From: an uncultured delta proteobacterium
GTDB lineage: Bacteria; Desulfobacterota; Binatia; UBA9968
Reading direction: 5' to 3'
Length of the DNA stretch: 64,000 bases
Assembly: GCA_963816145.1 (NCBI GenBank)
Contig: CAWFJP010000003.1
Span: forward strand, 96,001 to 160,000
The notes beneath the pieces were generated by a model. It was not told the DNA's origin. It did no database searches and saw nothing but the letters and a program-made list of their open reading frames with translations. Both the position numbers and the translations under genes were made by a program. Below, piece after piece: positions 41,001 through 48,900 of this stretch; the stretch's first letter is position 1, and every line of letters starts with the position of its first letter.

Positions 41001-44000
41001 GGGATCTTGTTCGGCGGCGCGCCGACGGGGACATCGAGTACTTGGGCCGCATCGACAACCAGGTCAAGATCCGCGGCCATCGCATCGAATTGGGTGAAAT
41101 CGAAACTGTGATCGCCCAACATCCTGAGGTGCGCGAGAGCGTGGTCTTGGCCCGCGAGGATGTAGCAGGGGATAAGCGATTAGTGGCTTACCTCGTAGCG
41201 CGGCAGGACCTCAGTCCCGGCAACGCGGAGCTTCGCAAATTTATCAAGCAGCGACTGCCTGAATACATGATCCCCTCCGCTTTGGTGCTGCTGGATGAAT
41301 TGCCATTGACAGCAAATGGCAAAGTCGACCGCAAGGCCCTGCCGGCACCGGAGCAAGTCAGATCGAACTCAGGAGCGATCTATAGCGCGCCTCGGACTCC
41401 AGCGGAAGAATTGCTCGCCGGTATCTGGGCCGAGATTCTCAAGCTCGACAAGGTCGGCATCCATGACAACTTTTTCCACCTGGGTGGCCATTCCCTGATA
41501 GCCACTCAGGTCGTCTCGCGCATCAATAAAGCGTTCCAGATCGATTTCCCTTTGCGCCGATTGTTCGAATCGCCAACCATTGCCAGCCTCGCCGACTCGG
41601 TCCAGGCTAGTATGGAAATCGAGAAAGACTCACGCACAGTTCGATCCATCGTGCCGGTTCCGCGCAGCAACCACACCCCGCTCTCTTTCGCTCAAGAGCG
41701 TTTATGGTTCTTGGACCGTCTCGATTCCGGTCGCCCAACCTATAACATCCCGGCAGCGTTCCGCTTGGCCGGCGATCTCAACCTCAACGCTCTGGAACAA
41801 AGCCTCAATGAACTCGTGCGCCGCCACGAAGCTCTGCGCACGGTCTTTGCCACCGTCAATGGCAATCCAGTGCAAAAGATCTTGCGGTCGTTGGTTTTTT
41901 CGCTGACTCCCATCGACCTGAGCGAGCTTCCAGAACACGAACGCGAACCGGCTCTACAATCCTTGCTCAAAGAAGAAGCCGAGCGGCCCTTCGATCTTAG
42001 CCGTGGGCCGCTGATACGGTCTCGGCTTTGGCGTTTCGCCCCGCACGACCACGTGCTCGCCTTGAACATGCACCAAATCGTTTCCGACGGTTGGTCCATG
42101 GGCGTGCTCTACCGCGAGCTCTCGGCACTTTATCGAGCCTGCTGCGCGGGAGTGCGTAATCCCCTGCCCGAGCTCCCGATCCAATACGCGGATTATGCCC
42201 TCTGGCAGCGCGATTGTTTCCAAGGCGAAAAACTCGACGAGCAAGTTTGCTACTGGAGAAAGCAACTCGACGGTCTTTCGACCCTACAGCTCCGCACCGA
42301 TCATGCCCGTCCGGCCATGCAAACTTACCGGGGATCGAGCCAATCCATAGAGCTTTCGCCGCAACTTTCCCAGGCGCTTAAGGGCCTGAGCCAGCGCGAC
42401 GGCGTAACCCTGTTCATGACCCTGCTGGCGGCCTTTCAAACCTTGCTCTGCCGCCACTGCGGCCAGCAAGATATTGCCGTGGGCACTCCCATCGCTGGCC
42501 GTGCCCGTCAGGAGAGCGAGGGACTGATCGGTTTTTTCGTCAACACCCTGGTCCTGCGCGCCGATCTTTCCAACAACCCGACCTTCAAGGAACTACTGGG
42601 GCAAGTCCGCGAAACGACTCTGGAAGCCCATACTCATCAAGACCTGCCGTTTGAGAAGCTCGTCGAGGAACTCCATCCTGAGCGCAACCCCAGCATCTCG
42701 CCATTGTTCCAGGTCTTTTTCGAACTCCAGAACGCCGGCGATCCCTCCTTGGACCTTGGAGGACTCAGCGCGATTCCGATTCACACCTCTAGCAGCACCG
42801 CAAAGTTTGACCTCTCGCTTACCCTAACCGATCGGCAGGGTGATCTACGAGCCTCGCTCAACTACAATACCGATCTATTCGATGCCTCCACGATTGCGCG
42901 TATGCTCGCTCATTTTCAGACGTTGCTCGAAGGCATCGTCGCTAACCCGGACCAACGGGTCAGCGAACTGCCGATTTTGACCGAAGCCGAAAAGCACCAA
43001 CTGTTAGTCGAGTGGAACAACACCCAGTCCGATTACCCCAAAGACATATGCATTCACCAGATGTTTGAGGAGCAGGTGGAGAAATCTCCTGATGCAATCG
43101 CTGTGGTCTTCAAAGACCAGCAGCTCACCTACCGGGAACTCAATTGCCGCACGAACCAACTCGCGCGTTACTTACAAAAGCTCGGCGTCGGACCCGATGT
43201 GCTCGTCGGCATCTACGTTGAACGGTCCATAGAAATGATCGTCGGGGTGCTAGGGATTCTCAAAGCAGGCGGCGCCTACCTGCCAATCGACCCCGACTAT
43301 CCACGCGAACGGATTGAATTCATGCTTGAAGATAGCCGTGCTGCTTTTTTGTTGACTCAAGCGCAGATCGATGTACTCGAGCCAACCTTTGCCGGCGTTC
43401 GCATTGCTATTGACCAGGACTGGCAAGAGATCGCGCGTGAGAGCATAACCAATGTCGGCCAACAACTTGACCCTAAAAACCTCGCCTATGTGATCTACAC
43501 CTCGGGTTCAACCGGAAAACCCAAGGGAGTCATGATTCAACATAGCAGTGTGGTTAATTTGCTGGCTTCGATGGCGCGCCAACCCGGCTTGAGCGAAACG
43601 GACATCCTACTTGCGGTCACTACGTTCTCCTTCGATATCGCCGGACTGGAAATGTACTTGCCGCTAACCGTAGGCGCGCGCATAGTAGTGGCGCGCCGAG
43701 ATGTCGCCACCGATGCTTTGAGACTGGCACAGCTATTGTCAGACTGTGGCGCGACGGCAATGCAGGCAACCCCCGCAACTTGGCGCATGCTTTTGGCAGG
43801 TGGTTGGCAAGGCAGTCGAGAATTGAAAATCCTCTGCGGCGGTGAAGCGCTTGCTGACGACTTGGCCATGCAGCTCGTGCAACGCTGCGCTTCGCTCTGG
43901 AATATGTATGGTCCCACGGAAACTACCATCTATTCGGCCATCCAGAGAGTGGCGACGAATGTCAGCAGAGTTACTTTGGGGCGGCCCATCGCCAATACCC

Positions 44001-44998
44001 AGCTTTATATTCTTGACGGCAACCTTCAGCCCGTACCCATTGGAGTGTCAGGAGAGATCTATATTGGTGGAGACGGCTTAGCCCGGGGTTATTTAGGCCG
44101 TCCTGAACTGACCAGAGAAAAATTCATAGCCAATCCATTCAGTGTCGATACTACAAGCCGCCTCTATAAGACCGGCGATCTAGCTCGCTACTTGCCTGAC
44201 GGTAACATCGAATTTTTGGGACGAATGGACCATCAGGTGAAACTCCGCGGTTATCGCATCGAACTCGGTGAGATCGAGGCGGTGCTTGGACAACATCCCG
44301 CGATCCGGCAGGCGGCTGTGCTCGCACGGGAAGTTGATCCTGAAGATCGTGCGGTTTCGCCCGGAACCGACACGCGGCTGGTGGCGTACGTGGTCGCTCG
44401 ACCAGAAATTTCGACGAATGAACTAAGAAGCTTTGTGAAACGGAAATTACCGGAATTCATGGTGCCATCGGCGTTCGTAATGCTCGAAAGTCTACCGCTC
44501 ACCCCCAACGGCAAGCTAGACAGAAAAGCCCTGCCGGCAGCGGATCAGGGTAGACCGGATCTAGAAGTAGGCTACATCGCCCCTCGTACAGCTACGGAGG
44601 CGTTGTTGGCCGGGGTTGCGGCCGGGGTTCTGAAGCTGGACCGGGTCGGCATCCATGACAACTTCTTTGACTTGGGCGGTCATTCGCTGCTCGCCACCCA
44701 GCTTATCTCCCGCATATGGGAAACCTGCCAGGCCGAGATCCCCTTGCGCTTCCTGTTCGAGAGCCCAACCATCGCAGGCTTGGCCGAGCGCATCGATCAA
44801 GTTCGTGGTCATGGAGAGAGAAGACATGCCCGCCTAAAGTTTTCTACCGACCCGCGAGGAGAGAGTTCCGCTCTCCTTTGCGCAGCAGCGGTTGTGGTTC
44901 TTGGACCAGTACGAGCCGAACAGTTCGGTTTACAACATCCCCAGCGCACTGCGTCTCAAAGGATCATTAGACATCGCGGCCCTGGAGCAAAGTCTTAA
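32069..44998 (+). CDS. NRPS modules 1-4: (C-A-T)x4, continuing by frameshift into the next ORF
   Basis: 4309 aa. Manually read specificity codes: DAFWLGGTFK (Val-like), DSTKIGHVGK (Asp-like), DFWNIGMVHK (Thr), DILQLGMIYK (Gly-like). Four GGHSL T domains; the last ~50 aa are out-of-frame C-domain sequence. Confidence 0.93.
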   Translation: MQIEDSYPLTPIQHGMLVHSLSAPQSGVYIQQLVSVLREKLNLSAFQRAWEQVLRRHPALRTSFFWENTEQPVQRVHRDVVLPLQNLDWRDRDLDDQENQLERFLQSDRQLGFHLDQAPLMRLTLIRCAQTEYRLIWTSHHGLFDGRSRVLLLNEVFAFYEAICRGDNLNLSNPPPYRSYIDWLQKQNISKAETFWRTRLKDLNAGQSLAENHRQATPQPAQSYGKKTVRLSKTDTRALRSMVGRYQLTPNTLLQGAWSLLLSRYSGEEVVVFGATRAGRHAAFEGADSVVGLLINTVPVPVHVSPNSRLLPFLQSLRSQWIAMRDYEHTPLVKIHEWSPLSPGQPLFDNLLVFENYQLNALMREQGEQWKARDFHLRGTTHYPLTVAGYLGPHLSLEITYDHQLFDDETIERMLDHLRTLLVEMIHQPNRQLVDIPLLSPTERHQLLCEWNETKTDYPKDECIHELFEIQTEKTPDAIALICDNEQLTYRELNSRANRLAHFLDKLGVGPDMLVGICMERSIEMIVGLLGILKAGGAYVPFDPCYPEERLEFMLGDTHVHIVLTDVIGLASLPATSARVVCLDRDWEAIAKEPEVNSSSRSTADSLAYVIYTSGSTGLPKGVEVRHRGVVRLLFGVDYVQLDRAQTIVQLAPLSFDAATFEVWGALLHGGKCVLFPEKVPSPGELEELLKKYQVTTLWLTAALFNLVINEEPQALSGVKQLLVGGEALSVPHVRKGLAELPGTEIINGYGPTESTTFTCCYRIPRELDEGLSSIPIGRPIGNTQVYILDPYLNPVPIGVAGELHVGGDGLARGYLNLSELTAEKFVKHPFSNDPHARLYKTGDRARYLPDGNIEFLGRIDNQVKLRGYRIELGEIETVLNQNPAIRDAVVTLREDSPGDKRLIAHVVTHQQSSPTNNELKNYLREKLPEYMVPSAFLFLESLPLTPNGKVDRKALPGPDHSRPELDVAFAIPATPVEEILANIWAEILKLDTVGIHDNFFHLGGHSLIATQIVSRINQSFQIDFPLRKLFESPTIAGLAERIDQSLGQQQVPTLLIPAVPRAKDPPLSFAQQRLWFLDQYEPNSSVYNIPSALRLKGSLDIAALEQSLNEIVRRHESLRTTFAAVDGEPLQLIAPALRMSVPITDLTHHSASDREHEAQRLATEQAREPFDLSQGPLLRVLLLCLGQDDHVLVLSMHHIVSDGWSRGVFYHELSMLYQAYTQGNPSPLSELPIQYADFAVWQRQWLQGEVLEDQLSYWKKQLAGAPALLQLPTDRPRPAVQSYRGAVQSIELSQELAQGLQALSARQGVTLFMTLLAVFQTLLYRYTGQNDIVVGSPIANRNRAEIEGLIGFFVNTLVMRTDLSGNPTFKELLTRVRETALGAYTHQDLPFEKLVEELHPQRSLSQSPLVQVLFVMQNTPDIAATLDGLRVVAMPIDAETAKFDLTFSLAESSEGLKGFWKYSTELFDKTTIDTMIGHFHVLLQAIAADPDRRIGELLLLSEEERRRLLVEWNDTARDYPKDKCIHKLFEEQAERSPDAIAVVFEDQRLTYEQLNRQANQLARHLMDLGVGPEVLVGIYLERSQEMAIALLGVLKAGGAYVPLDPSYPNDRLAVMLEDSHLAVVLTDKKYSGRFGHAAMVCLERDRAKIARRNDTNFEAKVSAKNLAYVVYTSGSTGKPKGVAVEHQSLVNYTWEIVRRLKPASNNSFAMVQPLTVDSCITMIFPSLISGSVLHVVSRERALSADELGDYLQRESIDFLKIAPSHLGALQQAGSPPQLMPRRCLIIGGEGSRWEWARSLQTLAPNCTVLNHYGPTETTVGVLIYPMRPADSNQEHPLGTPLGRPIANTQAYVLDGSLRPVPVGVTGELYIGGDSLARGYLNQPKLTRERFIADPFSEDPAARLYKTGDVVRYLSDGNIEFLGRIDDQIKIRGFRVEPAEVEAVLLKHPQVAQAVVAPGDTTEAQTLIAYVVPAADRQPSLSDLRDFVKTKLPEYMVPSNFLLLDALPRTAHGKVDRKSLPPLDRSRRAPEASDVVRRKATEELLASIWTELLNLDEVGIQDNFFDLGGHSLLAMQLISRIRDVFRIELSLRSLFEAPTVVGLARRIELAKQQSSMFKALPITPEAIDNHCPLSFSQERFWFFEQLAPNNSANHLTHGFRLTGPLNIEALERSFAEIVRRHETLRTTFQLRNGKPVQTIAGHWSFRISIADLSKEPPDDLDREIQRLFEAEQRQGFDLTADLMLRATLLRLSLNDHVLFFSRHHIAWDHWCLELFYRELSNLYRAFSNGKPSPLPQLPIQYRHHALWQRKAFEEGEFERHLVYWRRQLSGTPPGLNLPHDYPRKPLGKRRGSRKRLVLPKSLSGGLRALSRERGVTLFMTFLAAFQTLLHRLTGENDIVVGTPVAGRDRSEIEGLIGLFLNTLALRTDFSDDPNFLELLRRVREVALGAYDHQELPFEKLIEELQPQRDLTQTPIFQLFINMYNFNEAGVELDRLTVTPMRPVEQGPQFDIEFFVREHDDGTHCIFLYDLDLFDAATIDRMLGHFQILLEGIVRDPDRRVSELPLLTDAEKQQLLIEWNDPRVNYPKNQCIHQLFEQQVEKTPDTVAIVFDDQQVTYGEVNNRANQLAHYLHNLGVGPEVLVGICVERSFEMIVGILAILKAGGAYVPLDPSYPKERLAFILEDSRAAVLISQSSLIAGLPVHNATVLCLDQDWGEISTQSQDNPPPLTTPDNLAYVIYTSGSTGTPKGALIPHHNVVRLFRATDSWFHFGPDDVWTLFHSYAFDFSVWELWGALVHGGRLVIVPFDVSRSPREFYELLCREQVTVLNQTPSAFRQLVQAEESITDTSRLGLRLVIFGGEALDFQSLRPWFERHGDQRPRLINMYGITETTVHVTYREIKEADLSVGGSSLIGAPIPDLELYVLDSHRNLVPIGLPGELYVGGAGLARGYLNRSGLTAERFVGHPFDDGEGRRLYRSGDLVRRRADGDIEYLGRIDNQVKIRGHRIELGEIETVIAQHPEVRESVVLAREDVAGDKRLVAYLVARQDLSPGNAELRKFIKQRLPEYMIPSALVLLDELPLTANGKVDRKALPAPEQVRSNSGAIYSAPRTPAEELLAGIWAEILKLDKVGIHDNFFHLGGHSLIATQVVSRINKAFQIDFPLRRLFESPTIASLADSVQASMEIEKDSRTVRSIVPVPRSNHTPLSFAQERLWFLDRLDSGRPTYNIPAAFRLAGDLNLNALEQSLNELVRRHEALRTVFATVNGNPVQKILRSLVFSLTPIDLSELPEHEREPALQSLLKEEAERPFDLSRGPLIRSRLWRFAPHDHVLALNMHQIVSDGWSMGVLYRELSALYRACCAGVRNPLPELPIQYADYALWQRDCFQGEKLDEQVCYWRKQLDGLSTLQLRTDHARPAMQTYRGSSQSIELSPQLSQALKGLSQRDGVTLFMTLLAAFQTLLCRHCGQQDIAVGTPIAGRARQESEGLIGFFVNTLVLRADLSNNPTFKELLGQVRETTLEAHTHQDLPFEKLVEELHPERNPSISPLFQVFFELQNAGDPSLDLGGLSAIPIHTSSSTAKFDLSLTLTDRQGDLRASLNYNTDLFDASTIARMLAHFQTLLEGIVANPDQRVSELPILTEAEKHQLLVEWNNTQSDYPKDICIHQMFEEQVEKSPDAIAVVFKDQQLTYRELNCRTNQLARYLQKLGVGPDVLVGIYVERSIEMIVGVLGILKAGGAYLPIDPDYPRERIEFMLEDSRAAFLLTQAQIDVLEPTFAGVRIAIDQDWQEIARESITNVGQQLDPKNLAYVIYTSGSTGKPKGVMIQHSSVVNLLASMARQPGLSETDILLAVTTFSFDIAGLEMYLPLTVGARIVVARRDVATDALRLAQLLSDCGATAMQATPATWRMLLAGGWQGSRELKILCGGEALADDLAMQLVQRCASLWNMYGPTETTIYSAIQRVATNVSRVTLGRPIANTQLYILDGNLQPVPIGVSGEIYIGGDGLARGYLGRPELTREKFIANPFSVDTTSRLYKTGDLARYLPDGNIEFLGRMDHQVKLRGYRIELGEIEAVLGQHPAIRQAAVLAREVDPEDRAVSPGTDTRLVAYVVARPEISTNELRSFVKRKLPEFMVPSAFVMLESLPLTPNGKLDRKALPAADQGRPDLEVGYIAPRTATEALLAGVAAGVLKLDRVGIHDNFFDLGGHSLLATQLISRIWETCQAEIPLRFLFESPTIAGLAERIDQVRGHGERRHARLKFSTDPRGESSALLCAAAVVVLGPVRAEQFGLQHPQRTASQRIIRHRGPGAKS
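35267..36312 (+). repeat. About 1.05-kb near-identical C-domain duplication (copy 1)
   Basis: Matches 44868-45913 at a constant offset of 9601; shadow ORFs of both copies are nearly identical. Confidence 0.92.
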
Positions 44999-45913
44999 CG
45001 AGATCGTGCGGCGCCATGAATCGCTGCGGACGACCTTTGCAGCGGTTGACGGCGAACCGCTTCAGCTGATCGCGCCGGCACTGAGGATGTCGGTGCCGAT
45101 AACCGATCTGACCCATCATTCCGCAAGCGACCGTGAGCACGAAGCGCAAAGACTGGCGACCGAGCAGGCGCGCGAGCCGTTCGATCTTTCCCAAGGCCCG
45201 CTGCTCAGAGTCCTGCTGCTTTGTCTCGGCCAAGACGATCACGTTTTGGTTTTATCGATGCATCATATCGTATCGGACGGCTGGTCGAGGGGGGTGTTTT
45301 ACCACGAGTTGTCCATGCTCTACCAAGCCTACACCCAGGGCAACCCCTCGCCGCTTTCCGAGTTGCCGATTCAATACGCTGATTTTGCCGTCTGGCAGCG
45401 CCAGTGGCTGCAAGGAGAGGTGTTAGAGGACCAGCTATCCTACTGGAAAAAACAACTTGCCGGGGCCCCGGCTTTGCTCCAACTTCCCACCGATCGGCCG
45501 CGACCGGCAGTGCAGAGTTATCGCGGCGCGGTCCAATCGATAGAACTGTCCCAAGAGCTGGCCCAGGGACTCCAAGCGCTCAGCGCTCGACAAGGGGTGA
45601 CCTTGTTCATGACTCTGTTAGCGGTCTTCCAAACCCTGCTTTACCGCTACACAGGACAAAACGACATCGTTGTCGGCTCGCCGATCGCCAACCGCAACCG
45701 GGCTGAGATAGAGGGGCTGATCGGGTTTTTTGTCAACACCCTGGTACTGCGCACCGATCTCAGCGGTAATCCGACATTCAAAGAGTTGTTAACCCGAGTG
45801 AGAGAGACGGCTCTCGGCGCCTACACGCATCAGGACCTGCCCTTTGAAAAGCTCGTCGAAGAACTCCACCCCCAACGCAGCCTCGGGCGGTCGCCGCTGG
45901 TTCAGGTGCTGTT
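44868..45913 (+). repeat. About 1.05-kb near-identical C-domain duplication (copy 2)
   Basis: Matches 35267-36312 with only scattered substitutions. Confidence 0.92.
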
Positions 45914-48900
45914 CAACTTTCTTGAAACACAAAACGACCGGCTGTCCCTTCCCGGTTTAGATGCATCGCCGTTCGGAGCCATTGCCATACCCTCTAAATT
46001 CGACTTAACGCTGTACGCCGTCCCGAAGTCGGAGCGGCTCACTTTGACAGTCAGTTACAATGTTGATCTGTTTGACGACACAACCATTAGCCGCATGCTC
46101 GGGCACCTTTGCTCGCTTCTGGCGGCTGTCACAGCGGACTCCGATCGTCGTTTGTCGGAACTGCCACTTTTGACCGACGACGAAAGGCGCCAATTGCTGG
46201 TGGAGTGGAGCGGCTCGGAACCTCACACACCCGAACATCGCTGTATCCAGCACCTCTTTGAAGCTCAGGTTCAGCGAACCCCGGATGCCATCGCGCTCAC
46301 CGACGAGCACCTTAGCTTGACCTACTCCGAGCTCGATGGACGGGCTAATCAGTTTGCCCGTTACCTCAGAACGCGCGGCGTGGCATCGGAAGACTTGATC
46401 CCGATCTTTATGGAGCGCGGCTGCGATATGGTGATCGCGGTGCTAGGGATTCTCAAAGCCGGCGCCGCCTACGTGCCGCTGGATTTTGACTATCCCAGGA
46501 TGCGCCTTGCCTACATGCTGGGAGACACGCGGGCGACTCTGCTGGTAACCAGTGCGCCGTGTCTCAACCGACTACCGGAGTACAAGGGAGAAATCATTTG
46601 CTTTGATCGGGATCGGCACCTCTTTGAGAAAGAATCTGCTGGCAATCCTAGTTGGGCGACGAGTGCCGCCGATCTTTGCTATGTGTATTACACGTCGGGC
46701 TCCACGGGAACGCCTAAAGGAGTCCTCACATCGCACAGAGGACTCGCGCGCTACTGTGATTTTCTCGCCGACGCTTACAATCTCAATAGTACAGATAGCG
46801 TCCTGCAGCTGGCGTCCTTTTCTTTCGACGCTTCGGTCCGCGACATGATCGCTCCGTTGACGGTCGGGGCGCGGGTCGTGCTGGTGAACCAACAGGGAGC
46901 CAAAGACCCGACGGTGCTGATCTCCAAGATCAAGCAAGAACGGATAACTTGTCTGCTCAGCACGGTGCCGCCGATGCTCAACGAGCTGGCCGAAACCATG
47001 CTAGCTGAGGTCAGCCCGAGACACGACAGCCTCCGTCTCATCCTGGTGGGAGGCGAGGCTCTGCGCGGGTCTTTATGCCGCAAGGTTCATGAGGTTTTTG
47101 GAGAAAATACTTTGTTGGTTAATCAGTACGGTCCGACCGAATGCACAATGACCTCGAGCTATCATCCGATCTCGTTGGCCGACCACCAGCACCCGACCGC
47201 GCCGATCGGTCGACCGATTCCGCATACGCAGCTTTATGTATTGGATGACGACTTCAACCCAACGCCCGTGGGAATAGAAGGCGAGCTATACATAGGCGGC
47301 GAAGGGTTAACCCTAGGGTATCTCAATCGTCCCGATCTAACTGCTGAAGGATTTATTCCCCATCCCTATAGCAACAAGCCGGGGGAGCGGCTGTACAGAA
47401 CCGGAGACGTTGTTCGGTATCGCTCCGACGGCATTTTCGATTTCGTCGGTCGCCGTGATGGGCAGGTCAAAATCCGCAGCATCCGCATCGAGCTGGGAGA
47501 GATCGAGTCGGTGCTCGGCCAACATCCGAAAGTACGTGAAGCCGTCGTTCTAGCACCAGAGGATAGCACCGGAGAGAAGCAGTTGGTCGCTTACGTTGTA
47601 GCGCAACAGGAAGCCGCACCCACCGATTCGAAGTTACGCGACTTTCTCAAACAGCGGTTGCCCGAACACATGGTACCCGCGTTTTTCGTGTTCCGTCCTG
47701 CTCTACCGCGTAGCCCCAACGGCAAGGTGGACCGTAAGGCGCTTCCTGCCCCGGACTTTAAACGCCGTGAAACCAATGCCACCTTCGCGGCGCCGCGTAG
47801 TGTCTTTGAAATCAAACTCGTAAAACTCGCCGCCGAGATCTTGAAAATAGATAAGGTCGGCATTCACGACAACTTGTTCGACCTGGGCCTACACTCCTTG
47901 TCCGCCACACAGCTAGTATCCCGCGTGCGCACCAAGCTGGGCAGAAAACTGCCACTGCGGCATATTTTTGAGGCGCCGACGATCGCCGGGCTCGCTAGGT
48001 TGATCGAGACACTCGCCGATGAGAACAACCCTGAGCCGATCGCGAGCGGCCAGAAAGCCGAAACGGAATTGATCCCTAAACGTATCCCGAACAAGACCCT
48101 GTCTTCTCAACGGGTCAATGGCGACGCCAGGCCGCTATCGATCGAACGACGATCGCTGCTGTCGCTTCTGTCCGCCGGAAAGATCCAGCCCGTCGATGCC
48201 GCCGCGTTGAGTTATTTGTCGGAGGACTTTTTCCAGCACATGGGGTTGTCGCCCGATGCGGCTCTTTATGACTGGTTCGACGAACTACCCTGCGTGTTCG
48301 GCATCAATGAAACCCACCTGGGCCGGATAGCCAATATCGGGTTGCCTCGGCTGCGCTCCCGCCTATACGACGATCAATCGGATCTCGTCAGCTTGATTCT
48401 CGACGCCTTGGAAATATCCCATCGCATCGGGGCACGTGTTGTTTCCTTGACCGGCTTGCTGCCCTCGGCAACCAACTACGGGCAGGCTGTCGCGGAGGTC
48501 ATTTCCGCAAACGATCGCTATCCTCTCGTCACCACCGGTCATGCGACGACTGTGTCCACCGTCGTCATGACCATCGAAAGGATTTTGCGCGAAGCGGGCA
48601 AAATCCTGGCGGAGGAAAAGGTCGCATTCCTCGGGCTGGGATCCATTGGTTACACCACGCTTCGCCTCATGCTTCACAGCCTGCCCCATCCAAAGTCGAT
48701 TACGCTTTGTGATATTTATAGCAAGCTCGATCACCTAAAAAGCATTCGCGACGACCTGATTCATGACTTGCAATTCGCCGGCTCCATTCGGATAGTCGAG
48801 TCCAAAGGAGAAGTGCCTCGGGAAGTTTACGCCGCCGGCCTCATTGTCGGAGCCACCAATGTGCCCGATGTGCTGAATATCGAACAGATCAGACCAGGAA

